Shown here: one piece after another, positions 1-8,552 of the stretch
Numbering within the stretch: position 1 is the stretch's first letter
Layout: each line of letters opens with the position of its first letter
Assembly: GCA_046598045.1 (NCBI GenBank)
Contig: JBKJJJ010000215.1
Coordinates: forward strand, 1-64,000
DNA from: Candidatus Eiseniibacteriota bacterium
GTDB lineage: Bacteria; Eisenbacteria; RBG-16-71-46; DASYSL01
Reading direction: 5' to 3'
Length of the DNA: 64,000 bases
The notes under the pieces: model-generated
The model's database searches: none
What the model saw: the letters and a program-made list of their open reading frames with translations, nothing else
Told to the model about the DNA's origin: nothing
Program-made: the position numbers and the translations under genes

Positions 1-1
1 G

Positions 2-199
2 GAGGAGCAGACCGTCCACGTGCGCAAGGCGCGGTTCGCGGTGCGCTTCAGGGAGGGCGAGACGATCTGGACCGAGAGCTCCCACAAGTACACCGCGCCC
101 GAGGTGTTCGCTCTCGCCGACCGCACCGGCTACACCTGCGAGGCGCAGTGGGTCGACGCGGAGTGGCCGTTCGCGCAAAGCCTGATCGTTGTGCGCTGA
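2..199 (+). CDS. egtD: L-histidine N-alpha-methyltransferase, 3' end only (partial)
   Basis: Frame 2 reads EEQTVHVRKARFAVRFREGETIWTESSHKYT...AQWVDAEWPFAQSLIVVR*, matching the EgtD C-terminal F..GE.I.TE.S.KY motif. Not in the ORF track because the start lies outside the window. Confidence 0.85.
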   Translation, partial: EEQTVHVRKARFAVRFREGETIWTESSHKYTAPEVFALADRTGYTCEAQWVDAEWPFAQSLIVVR

Positions 200-1406
200 A
201 GATTGAGTACAACATTGAGGGCTCTCTCCTCCCGGGGGGCGCCCTAGCGACTATTCAGGCCGCGTACTTGAGGCGGTGGACGCTGTTCTTCAGCAGGGCC
301 CTGGTCGCCAGCCTCTTTTCGTAGTAGGTCCGCCACCTCTTCGGCAGCAGCACCCGCGAGGGAAACAGCCTTCGCTCTAGGATCTCCGCTACGTCCAGCC
401 TCCGGTCGACCAGCTCGAGCCTCATCGCTGGGGTGGGGCCGCCCTTGCGTTCCGAGAACGGCTGCACCCAGTTTCGCCACACGGCAAACACGGCGAGGCG
501 GTACGCCGCACTCGCGCGGCGCTTGGAGAACGCGATGGTCTCGCGCTTATGGTTGGCGCCGTTGTGGCGAATCAAAAGGTCGAGGAGATTGATCGGAAAC
601 AGTGGGTTCGTCGCCGTCCGCGCCGCTCTCGAGGAGATCGTCCTGTGGGTGACGGCGAGATGCGCAACCCGCCGCACGGCACGCGGATAGCTCTGGTGCG
701 CATCCGTGTAGAGTTCGAGCGCTTGGGGCTCGGGCGCGACGATCGACAGGAGCTCGGCGACCTCCTTCTCGATCGACTTCGGGTCGGGGCGGCCCAGGCG
801 CTGCTCGAGCCCGGCGCGGCGCTCCTTCTGCGACTTGGTCATGGTGCCGCGGCGGCGGCACTCGCTGTCGGTGAAGCCGTAGAAGAAGTGACTCTGTTTC
901 CCCACTGCGACGTGGTAGCTGGTGGGATAGTACTGGCTGTACTCGAAGCTTTCGAAGCCATCGAGCGTCAGCGTCTCCTCGATTGGGCCGCGGGGCCGGC
1001 GAAGCTCGTGAAAGAGCAGCGCATGCCGCCCCAGCCGTCCACTGGTGCGAGCGATGGTCTGGTGCGAGGCCTTGGTCTCCCGCGCGATCTGGCGAAAGCC
1101 GGAGCCTGCGGTGACCCGGTAGAACACCGGTTCGAGCAGCTCCGGGCGCTTCATCCAGTAGGTTACGCGGAAGGTCTGATCGCCGAACTGTCGACGGCAG
1201 GTGACGCAACGGTAACGCTGGACGACATGCGGTGGGGCCAGTCGAGTGTAGAAACCGATCTTTATGTAGCGCCATAACCTCGTGTCACCACGATGGAAAC
1301 GGCAGGTAGGACGCGGACAGAACGGGGGCGCCGGAGAAGCAGGCGCATTGAGCATGCCCACGACATACGCAAGGGCAATGCCATACTCAATCTTCAGCGC
1401 ACAACG
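187..1406 (-). mobile_element. Insertion sequence, IS1-like, about 1.2 kb with 31-bp imperfect terminal inverted repeats
   Basis: 187-217 (cgttgtgcgctgaagattgagtacaacattg) is the reverse complement of 1376-1406 (caatgccatactcaatcttcagcgcacaacg) with 3 mismatches. The repeats enclose a single transposase ORF. Confidence 0.88.
255..1355 (-). CDS. IS1-like DDE transposase
   Basis: N-terminal Zn ribbon (CPRPTC...CVTC), HTH-like segment (GFRQIARETKASHQTI), acidic motifs LDGFESF and YTDAHQSY, and an IS1/InsB-like RH...KRETIAFSK motif. Start taken as the ATG at 1355, inside the TIRs. Confidence 0.85.
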   Translation of the reverse strand: MLNAPASPAPPFCPRPTCRFHRGDTRLWRYIKIGFYTRLAPPHVVQRYRCVTCRRQFGDQTFRVTYWMKRPELLEPVFYRVTAGSGFRQIARETKASHQTIARTSGRLGRHALLFHELRRPRGPIEETLTLDGFESFEYSQYYPTSYHVAVGKQSHFFYGFTDSECRRRGTMTKSQKERRAGLEQRLGRPDPKSIEKEVAELLSIVAPEPQALELYTDAHQSYPRAVRRVAHLAVTHRTISSRAARTATNPLFPINLLDLLIRHNGANHKRETIAFSKRRASAAYRLAVFAVWRNWVQPFSERKGGPTPAMRLELVDRRLDVAEILERRLFPSRVLLPKRWRTYYEKRLATRALLKNSVHRLKYAA

Positions 1407-1492
1407 GGCCCACCCCACCTCTGCAACCTCGGGGACGCGGCGCGCGTAAGGCCAGCGTCGACGTTTCGCCCCTGGCCCCGAGGAGTCCCGCC

Positions 1493-2581
1493 ATGTCCCG
1501 CCCGATCGCTCCAATCCTGCCGCTCCTGCCGTTCCTGAGCCTGCTGCTGTTCCAACCCTCGACGCCGGCCGAGGCCGACGCCTCGGGGCACTTCTCGCTG
1601 AGCGGGCGCGAGGTCAACATCTACAACCTGCTCGGCAAGGTCGAGGTCGGCCCGGGCCCCGGGTCTTCGGTCACCGTGGAGCTGGCCCCTGCGGGCCGTG
1701 ACGCGGCGCAACTGGGGACCCGGACCTGGTCCGACAACGGGACGTTCTTCGTCGTGACCTATCCGACGACCCACCTCAGCTCGCGCTCGCTCGGCTGGAG
1801 TTCGAGCTCGAGCACCAGCTTCCAGGTCGCGCGCGACGGTACGTTCGGCGATCACCCCAAGCGCGGCGGATGGCTCGACAAGCACGTGCGGATCGATGGC
1901 AGGAGCGGCGGGCTCGATGCGGCGTGCAACCTCCGGATCGCGGTGCCGCGCGGCCAGCGGGTGACCATCCACCTCGGTGTCGGGACCCTGAATGCGACCA
2001 ACGTCGACGGCGATATCGTGCTCGACGCCGCCTCCGCGAACGTGACCGCGAACAATTGCTCGGGCAAGGTCCTGGTCGACACCGGCTCGGGCGACATCGC
2101 GGTCACGGGCGGCCATGGCACGATCGCGCTCGACAGCGGCTCGGGCGCGGTGAGCGCGAACCGCATCACCGGCGGCACGCTCGTGCTCGACACGGGTTCG
2201 GGCGAGATCACCGCCGACGGCGTGACGGCGACGAAGCTCTCGGCCGACACCGGCTCGGGCCGGATCGCGCTCTCCGGGATTTCGTGCCCGAGCCTCCACA
2301 TCGATACCGGCAGCGGCGACGTGCGCGTGCGGCTCGCGACCGATGTCGACGACCTGTTGATCGACACCGGCTCCGGCAGCGTGACGATCGAGGCGCCGCC
2401 GACGCTCGGCGCCGCGCTCCGCTTCGAGACCGGCAGCGGCGGGATCGATTGCGACTTCGTGCTCAACGTCACGAGCCGCGACGAGGACACGCTCAGTGCC
2501 ACGGTCGGGGACGGCCGCGGGCGCATCGTGGTCGACACCGGTTCGGGACATCTCAAGCTGACGAAGCTCGCCGCGCGATAG
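1493..2581 (+). CDS. Secreted DUF4097/putative-adhesin beta-strand repeat protein
   Basis: Signal peptide, about 10 repeats of (L/V)DTGSG(D/E)I, and RBS GAGGAG upstream. Confidence 0.8.
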   Translation: MSRPIAPILPLLPFLSLLLFQPSTPAEADASGHFSLSGREVNIYNLLGKVEVGPGPGSSVTVELAPAGRDAAQLGTRTWSDNGTFFVVTYPTTHLSSRSLGWSSSSSTSFQVARDGTFGDHPKRGGWLDKHVRIDGRSGGLDAACNLRIAVPRGQRVTIHLGVGTLNATNVDGDIVLDAASANVTANNCSGKVLVDTGSGDIAVTGGHGTIALDSGSGAVSANRITGGTLVLDTGSGEITADGVTATKLSADTGSGRIALSGISCPSLHIDTGSGDVRVRLATDVDDLLIDTGSGSVTIEAPPTLGAALRFETGSGGIDCDFVLNVTSRDEDTLSATVGDGRGRIVVDTGSGHLKLTKLAAR

Positions 2582-2803
2582 AAGACGCGTCGAGCCTGCC
2601 CCGGGGCAGGTTCGGCATACGAGTTGCGAGGAGCCCCGCCGACCGCAGCCTGGCCGGCGGGGCTTGGGATTTCAGGGCGGTGCCTCCTCGACCTGACATG
2701 GGTTTGCCGCCGCCAATGCCCGGAGGCCGGTGGCCGGTGGTATGATCGTTGCCGGCCGGGCGCCCGACCGCACGCTCCAAGGCGCGCGGCCAGAAAGACG
2801 CGC

Positions 2804-3508
2804 ATGGGCGCAGCAAGCAGCATCCCATTCTCGAGGCTCGACAGCGACCTGCGCGTGGACGCGATCGCGGTCGCGGCCGCGTGCGCGATTCACCTCCTGT
2901 TGACCGCCGTGCTCGTTCCCCAGGTCATGCGCCGCGAGGCCGCGGCCCAGACCGCGCTGCGCTTCGCCGCCAAGGGTCCCACCCGGTACGACGAGATCCG
3001 CGTGGTGATCGTGCCCTACGGTGATCCCGGCGCGTCGGCGCCCCGGCGGCTGATGGGGGACGTCGAGGCGCGCAGCGACGTCGAGTTCAAGGGCAAGGTC
3101 GTCGAGGCAAAGCGGCTCGCGCCGCGCAAGGACCGCGGCCAGGCGGGCGAGAGCGAGGCCCCCTCGACCGGCATCGACGCGCTCGAGCGCCTGCGCCTGC
3201 TGCACGGCAACCTCCCGACGGCCCAGACCGAGGACGTTGCCGCGCGCGAGATCGTCAAGCCCGACTACCCCGAGGAGGCGCGCAACAAGGGGATCGAGGG
3301 CACGGTCGTGCTGATGGCGCTGGTCAACGAGGAGGGCCAGGTCGAGGACGTCGCGCTCGAGGAGGGCGTCGATCCGCTGCTCGACCAGGCTGCCATGCGG
3401 GCGGCCTATCGCACCCCATTCTATCCCTACAAAATCGAGGGCGTCGCGCAGGCGGTGTTCGTCCGCATGCCCTATCATTTCGAGTTGGTCGGGCGGCTCG
3501 GAAACTGA
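2804..3508 (+). CDS. TonB family energy transducer (TonB C-terminal domain)
   Basis: TM helix with His (AACAIHLLL) and a C-terminal PDYPEEARNKGIEGTVVLMALVNEEGQV...LDQAA motif. Confidence 0.85.
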   Translation: MGAASSIPFSRLDSDLRVDAIAVAAACAIHLLLTAVLVPQVMRREAAAQTALRFAAKGPTRYDEIRVVIVPYGDPGASAPRRLMGDVEARSDVEFKGKVVEAKRLAPRKDRGQAGESEAPSTGIDALERLRLLHGNLPTAQTEDVAAREIVKPDYPEEARNKGIEGTVVLMALVNEEGQVEDVALEEGVDPLLDQAAMRAAYRTPFYPYKIEGVAQAVFVRMPYHFELVGRLGN

Positions 3509-3541
3509 CTTCGGGGCGCCCACAGGGCGCGCAGGCGGTCC

Positions 3542-3571
3542 TTGACAGGGCCGGGGGCACTCTCCTAGCCT
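3542..3571 (+). promoter_or_regulatory. Sigma70-type promoter of csp
   Basis: TTGACA-18 bp-TAGCCT, about 145 nt upstream of the csp start. Confidence 0.65.
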
Positions 3572-3716
3572 TCCGGCGCGGGTCGGTTTCGCCGACACGT
3601 GACTTATTTTATTCCGCACCGAGTCCATGCCCGACGGGAATGGCGACGAGCCGGACTCGCCAGGCAGGGGCGCTACGGGGACCCCGAAAGGGTTCCGCAA
3701 TCTGAGGAGCACCACC

Positions 3717-3920
3717 GTGGCCAAGGGCACCGTGAAGTGGTTCAACGAGGCGAAGGGTTTCGGCTTCATTTCCCAGGAAGGCGGCGAGGACGTGTTCGTT
3801 CACTTCTCCGCGATCCAGGGCAGCGGCTTCAAGACCCTCGCCGAGGGTGAGGCGGTCGAGTTCGACGTGACGCAGGGTCCGAAGGGACTGCAGGCGGCGA
3901 ACGTTCAGAAGGCGGGCTGA
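3717..3920 (+). CDS. cspA: Cold-shock protein (CspA family)
   Basis: GTG start after [25 protein letters not shown] and DVFVHFSAI (RNP1/RNP2). Confidence 0.96.
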   Translation: MAKGTVKWFNEAKGFGFISQEGGEDVFVHFSAIQGSGFKTLAEGEAVEFDVTQGPKGLQAANVQKAG

Positions 3921-3942
3921 CCCGTCCGAATCACTTCACGCC

Positions 3943-3972
3943 GAAGGGCGGCTCCTCGCGGAGCCGCCCTTC
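3943..3972. terminator. Hairpin terminator between convergent genes
   Basis: Perfect 13-bp stem gaagggcggctcc/ggagccgcccttc with a 4-nt loop. Confidence 0.75.
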
Positions 3973-3986
3973 TTGCATTCCGGGGT

Positions 3987-4604
3987 CTAACGCCCTCCGA
4001 ACAGCTTGCCGACCATGCCGCCGATCTCGTCCATCGCGTTGCCGTCGTGGTTCGCATCGAGCAATTGCTCGGCGAGTCCCATCAGGCCGGGCTGCGCGAC
4101 GGCCATCGCCTTTCGCTCCCCGCCGAGATAGTTCGAGAGCCCGTTCGCGTCGAGGCCCTTCTGGCGCTGCATGCGCCCGAGCGCGGCCATGACGATCGGC
4201 GCCGCGATGGCCATCAGCTTCGCCGCCGTCGCCGGGTCGAAGCCGCCCGCCTTCGCCACCGCCTGCTTCGCCTGGTCCTGGCGATTGCCGAGCACGTGCG
4301 CGAGGATCCCGGCGCCGTCCGCCTGGGGCGTGTTCGCCGCCGGCGTTCCGCCCGACAGCACGCTGCCGAGCAGCCCCGGAAGGTCGTCGAGCGCGCTGCC
4401 ATCGTGGTCCCTGTTGAGCGCGCCGAGCAATGCGCTCGCGCCGTCGGGCTGCGCGGCGTTCTTCGCGAGGCCCGAGAGCAGGAGCGGCACGACGGCGCTG
4501 AGCGCGTTCTGGGTCTGCGACTCGTCGGCGCCGACGAGCTGGCCGATCTGGCGCGTGGCGTTGCCGCCGAGGGCCTGCGTGAGGATCGAGAGGATCTCCG
4601 ACAT
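3987..4604 (-). CDS. DUF937 family protein
   Basis: ALNRDHDGSALDDL, GAGILAHVLG and LLDANHDGNAMDEI motifs typical of DUF937; RBS AGGAG. Confidence 0.85.
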   Translation of the reverse strand: MSEILSILTQALGGNATRQIGQLVGADESQTQNALSAVVPLLLSGLAKNAAQPDGASALLGALNRDHDGSALDDLPGLLGSVLSGGTPAANTPQADGAGILAHVLGNRQDQAKQAVAKAGGFDPATAAKLMAIAAPIVMAALGRMQRQKGLDANGLSNYLGGERKAMAVAQPGLMGLAEQLLDANHDGNAMDEIGGMVGKLFGGR

Positions 4605-4718
4605 GGTGAACTCCTAGGGTGGGAAGGCGCGGCAGGGGGGTCCCTTGATCCGGACCGGGGAGACCGTTACCTTCCGGGGCGAGGCTCCCTGAATCAAGAC
4701 CCAAATCGGAGGTTCCCC

Positions 4719-5510
4719 ATGTTCGCTGGATCCACCAGGCGCCCGCAGGCCCAAGGGGCGCTGTCTTGCGTGTTATTCGCAGGCCTGCTCGTCGCCTCCG
4801 CCGTTCGCGCCCAGGAAGGCACGCCGCCGCCCCCGTCGCCGCCGCCGCCGGATTCGACGATCGCACCGGCTCCGCCTCCGCCGCCTCCGGCCTCCGTCAC
4901 GCCGGCGATGCCCAGCCTCAGCGCGCCGCTCCCCGCCGGGATGGACTCCACGCTCGCGCTGCCGCTGCTGATCGAGCCGCGCTCGCGTCAGGACATCAAC
5001 GCCGACCTCACCAGCATGAGCCAGCTCAAGGCCCAGGCGCAGATGCTGGTCTCCCAGTCCAAGCTCCGCCAGGCGCGCAAGCAGTCGCAGGCCGACATCA
5101 AGAAGACCGAGATTGCGAGCGCGAAGATCCAGATCGACCTGGCGAAGAAGGAGAAGCAGGCGGTCCAGCAGAAGGAGCTCGAGGGGACGAAGAAGAAGCT
5201 CGAGACCCAGCAGAAGTTCCTCGAGCGGCTGCGCGATCTCCACGCCGCGGAAGCCGCGACGCAGCAGGCAACGGCCGACTTCGCGCAGGCGCGCATGGAC
5301 GAGTGCAAGATGGAGCTCAAGCTCTACGACCTCGGGGACCTCAACGCCGCGGCCGTGCGCATGGGCGCCAATGCGCGCAGTACGCAGGTGCGGGTGACCG
5401 CCGCGCTCAAGGAGCGCGCGAACAAGGCCGGCAGCCTGGCCGACGCCGAGAAGACGCAGGCCGACCGGCGCAAGTCCGTACTCGACGCCTACGCCGAGAT
5501 GATCAAATGA
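4719..5510 (+). CDS. Secreted coiled-coil hypothetical protein with Pro-rich linker
   Basis: RBS GGAGG, signal peptide, poly-Pro segment and a long K/Q/E/A-rich helical region. TTGATC-17-TACCTT upstream at 4645-4673. Confidence 0.7.
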   Translation: MFAGSTRRPQAQGALSCVLFAGLLVASAVRAQEGTPPPPSPPPPDSTIAPAPPPPPPASVTPAMPSLSAPLPAGMDSTLALPLLIEPRSRQDINADLTSMSQLKAQAQMLVSQSKLRQARKQSQADIKKTEIASAKIQIDLAKKEKQAVQQKELEGTKKKLETQQKFLERLRDLHAAEAATQQATADFAQARMDECKMELKLYDLGDLNAAAVRMGANARSTQVRVTAALKERANKAGSLADAEKTQADRRKSVLDAYAEMIK

Positions 5511-5518
5511 TCAAGTAG

Positions 5519-6031
5519 CTAACGCGACGGGATGAAGTTGAGCGCCACCGAGTTCATGCAGTAGCGCAGGGAGGTCGGCGGGGGACCGTCGGTGAAGACG
5601 TGGCCGAGGTGCCCACCGCAACGCGCACACTCGATCTCGGCCCTCACTTCGCCGAACGCGTTGTCGGTGACCTCGCGCACGTTGCTCTTCGCGATCGGCT
5701 GCCAGAAGCTCGGCCAGCCCGTGCCGGAGTCGTACTTCGTGCGCGAGGAGAACAACTCGAGCCCGCAGGCCGCGCACACGTAGGTGCCGGGGGCGTGCTG
5801 GTTCCAGTATTTGCCGGTGAACGCGGTCTCGGTGCCCTCGCGGCGCAGCACCCGGAACTGTTCCGGCGTCAGGCGTTTCGCCCACTCCGCGTCGCTGCGC
5901 ACGACCGGCACGATCCTCGTCGTCGACCTCGCCGCCGGGGCCGGCTTGGCGACGGCGCGACCGCTCGATCCCGGTGACAGCACGATGAAGACCATCAGCG
6001 CCAGCGCTCCGATCCCAACCAGGTTCCGCAT
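5519..6031 (-). CDS. msrB: Peptide-methionine (R)-S-oxide reductase with signal peptide
   Basis: GTE.AFTG, CAAC/CARC Zn ligands, [17 protein letters not shown] and RYCMNS. Confidence 0.95.
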   Translation of the reverse strand: MRNLVGIGALALMVFIVLSPGSSGRAVAKPAPAARSTTRIVPVVRSDAEWAKRLTPEQFRVLRREGTETAFTGKYWNQHAPGTYVCAACGLELFSSRTKYDSGTGWPSFWQPIAKSNVREVTDNAFGEVRAEIECARCGGHLGHVFTDGPPPTSLRYCMNSVALNFIPSR

Positions 6032-6099
6032 GATCCGGTCTCCTCACTTCTTCGCTCATCCCGCGGCGGGCCGGCGGCTCCGGCGCATCCACCCCATGG

Positions 6100-6211
6100 T
6101 ACGGGCTTGCGGCAGCGTTGGGATCGCGATCACCGTCAGGATCGTGTGAAGCCGCACGCTCGCGCTCCCGCACGGGCGATCCGGGCCATCCGGCGCGCGC
6201 GAGGCCCCGTA
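6100..6211. promoter_or_regulatory. Divergent ECF (SigK-like) promoter pair for msrB and fasciclin
   Basis: Plus strand CCATCC-15-CCGTA at 6186-6211; minus strand CGATCC-16-CCGTA at 6126-6100. Confidence 0.55.
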
Positions 6212-6296
6212 CTTGGGGGGACGGCGCACGCTGCGCCGGGCCGCGGCGCAGGGAGCCCGCGGCGTCCCTGATCCCCAATTCGAGGAGTCCTGCACC

Positions 6297-6881
6297 ATGA
6301 AGTCGATTCCCCTGTTGCGCTCGCTGCCGCTGACTGCGGCGCTCGCCCTCTGCGCCGTCTCCGCCCCGCTCGTCCTCGCCGCCGGCATGTCGGGCGGCAA
6401 CGTGATGGTCGGGGGCGGGGCCATGTTCGCGACCAAGGACATCGTCGACAACGCGGTCCAGTCGAAGGACCACACCACGCTCGTCGCCGCCGTCCAGGCC
6501 GCGGGCCTGGTCGAGACGCTCAAGGGCAAGGGACCGTTCACGGTCTTCGCCCCGACCAACGACGCGTTCGAGAACCTGCCCGCGGGCACCGTCGAGACGC
6601 TGCTCAAGCCCGAGAACAAGGCCGCGCTCACGAAGGTGCTGACCTATCACGTCGTCGCCGGCCGGGTCTCGGCCGCTGCGCTCAAGAAGATGATCGCCAA
6701 GGGCCGCGGATCGGCCACGCTCAAGACATTGAGTGGCGGCATGCTGACCGCGCGCATGAACGGCCCGTTGAACATCACGCTCACCGACGAGATGGGCGGC
6801 ACGGCGGACATCTCGACCTACGACGTCAACCAGTCGAACGGCGTGATCCACGTGCTCGACCGGGTGATGCTGCCGAAGTAG
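6297..6881 (+). CDS. Fasciclin (FAS1) domain protein
   Basis: TLVAAVQAAGLVETLKGKGPFTVFAPTNDAF, LTYHVV and NGVIHVLDRVMLP; signal peptide; RBS GAGGAG. Confidence 0.95.
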   Translation: MKSIPLLRSLPLTAALALCAVSAPLVLAAGMSGGNVMVGGGAMFATKDIVDNAVQSKDHTTLVAAVQAAGLVETLKGKGPFTVFAPTNDAFENLPAGTVETLLKPENKAALTKVLTYHVVAGRVSAAALKKMIAKGRGSATLKTLSGGMLTARMNGPLNITLTDEMGGTADISTYDVNQSNGVIHVLDRVMLPK

Positions 6882-6943
6882 ACTGGCCGCGGCACCTGCC
6901 GCGCGCACGACGATCGCTCGCCGGCCCTTGCCATGGAGGACGG

Positions 6944-7840
6944 ATGGCAAGGCCGGCGTTCGTCTATCACGCGGACCAGGAATTCTCGATCGGCGCGCAT
7001 GTCTTCCCGATCGAGGAGTACGCGCGTGCCCGCGCGCGCCTGCTCGCCGAGGGGGACACCACGTCCGGGGACTGGCAAGAAGCGCCGCTCGCCACGCCCG
7101 AAGAGCTGGCGCTCGTCCACACGGACGCGTATCTCGACGACCTCGCCGCCTGCCGCCTCACGCCGCGCACCGCGGACTCCGAATTGCCGCTCACGCCCGA
7201 GATCGTGCGCGGGTTCACGCGCATGGCCGGCGGGACGATCCTCGCGGCGCGCGAGGCGCTCACGCGTGGGCTCGCGGTCAACGTGGGCGGGGGGTTCCAT
7301 CACGCCTTCGCCGACCACGCCGAGGGGTTCTGCTACCTCAACGACCTGGCGATCGCCGTACGCGCGATGCAGCGCGAGCGCCGGATCACGCGCGCGCTGA
7401 TCGTGGACCTCGATCTCCACCAGGGCAACGGCACCGCGCACATCTTTGCCGATGATCCGGACGTCTTCACGTTCTCCATGCACCAGGAGCGGCTCTACCC
7501 GGTCAAGCAGACGAGCGACCTCGACCTCGGGCTCGAGGAGGGCATCGGTGACGAGAGGTATCTCGCGCTGCTCGAGGAGGCGCTCCCGACCGTGTTCGCG
7601 CGGGCGCGACCGGAACTCGTCCTCTACCAAGCCGGCGCGGACCCGTACGAGCAGGATCGGCTCGGCAACCTCGGCATCAGCAAGGCCGGGCTCGCGCGCC
7701 GGGACGCAATCGTGCTCGCAGCCTGCAGGGCCCGCTTGCTCCCATGCGCGATCACGTTCGGCGGGGGCTACGCGGTGGATCCGGAGGACACGGTCGACAT
7801 CCACGTCGCGACCTGTCGCGCCGCGCTCGCCCCGTCCTGA
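6944..7840 (+). CDS. Histone deacetylase family protein
   Basis: GGGFHHA, GFCYLND, DLDLHQGNGT, AGADP..D.LG and GGGY. Confidence 0.95.
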   Translation: MARPAFVYHADQEFSIGAHVFPIEEYARARARLLAEGDTTSGDWQEAPLATPEELALVHTDAYLDDLAACRLTPRTADSELPLTPEIVRGFTRMAGGTILAAREALTRGLAVNVGGGFHHAFADHAEGFCYLNDLAIAVRAMQRERRITRALIVDLDLHQGNGTAHIFADDPDVFTFSMHQERLYPVKQTSDLDLGLEEGIGDERYLALLEEALPTVFARARPELVLYQAGADPYEQDRLGNLGISKAGLARRDAIVLAACRARLLPCAITFGGGYAVDPEDTVDIHVATCRAALAPS

Positions 7841-7862
7841 GCCCGGGCTCGCGCGGCCGATC

Positions 7863-7891
7863 TTGATGGCGCGCGTGTGCGGGCCTACACT
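7863..7891 (+). promoter_or_regulatory. Sigma70-type promoter upstream of the DinB gene
   Basis: TTGATG-17 bp-TACACT. Confidence 0.5.
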
Positions 7892-7943
7892 GGCGCCGTC
7901 CGCGATCCCCGCGGCCTGCCGCGCTCGACCCTCCGGAGGCTCC

Positions 7944-8549
7944 ATGCGACGCCCGTCCCGCCCGTTCGCCCTGCTTGCCGTGCTGCTCGTGTCCATCGTC
8001 AGCCGCCCCGCTTTCGCCGAAGACGCTCCCGCCTCGCTCGGGGGCACGCGCGGCGCCGTCGTCAACGCGATCACCGACGCGCGCGACAAGATCCTCGATC
8101 TCGCGCAGGCGATGCCCGAGGGCAAGTACGGCTGGCGTCCGGGCAAGGGCGTGCGTTCGGCGGGCGAGGTCTACCAGCACATCGCGCAGGCGAACTACCT
8201 GCTTCCGACCATGCTCGGCGTGAAGGTGCCCGAGGGCATCACGCTGCGCGGTCTCGACACCGCGCCGATGACCAAGCCGCAGGTGATCGAGCTGGTCAGG
8301 AAGTCATACGTCCACGAGCTCGAGGCGATCGCGAGCGTCCCCGAGTCCGAGCTGGCGGACAGCGTCCAGTTCTTCGCTCACAAGGCCACGAAGCTCGACG
8401 TGCTGATGGCGATGGCGACACACAACCACGAGCACCTCGGCCAGTCGATCGCTTATGCGCGCTCGAACGGCGTCGTGCCCCCGTGGACCGCGCGCGCCGA
8501 GGCGGAGCAGGCGGCCGCGGCGGCGGCGAAGAAGGCGGGGGGCAAGTAG
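7944..8549 (+). CDS. DinB family protein with signal peptide
   Basis: MPEGKYGWRP..GVRS..EVYQHIA and HNHEHLGQSIAYAR.NGVVPPW; RBS GGAGG. Confidence 0.88.
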   Translation: MRRPSRPFALLAVLLVSIVSRPAFAEDAPASLGGTRGAVVNAITDARDKILDLAQAMPEGKYGWRPGKGVRSAGEVYQHIAQANYLLPTMLGVKVPEGITLRGLDTAPMTKPQVIELVRKSYVHELEAIASVPESELADSVQFFAHKATKLDVLMAMATHNHEHLGQSIAYARSNGVVPPWTARAEAEQAAAAAAKKAGGK

Positions 8550-8552
8550 CGC

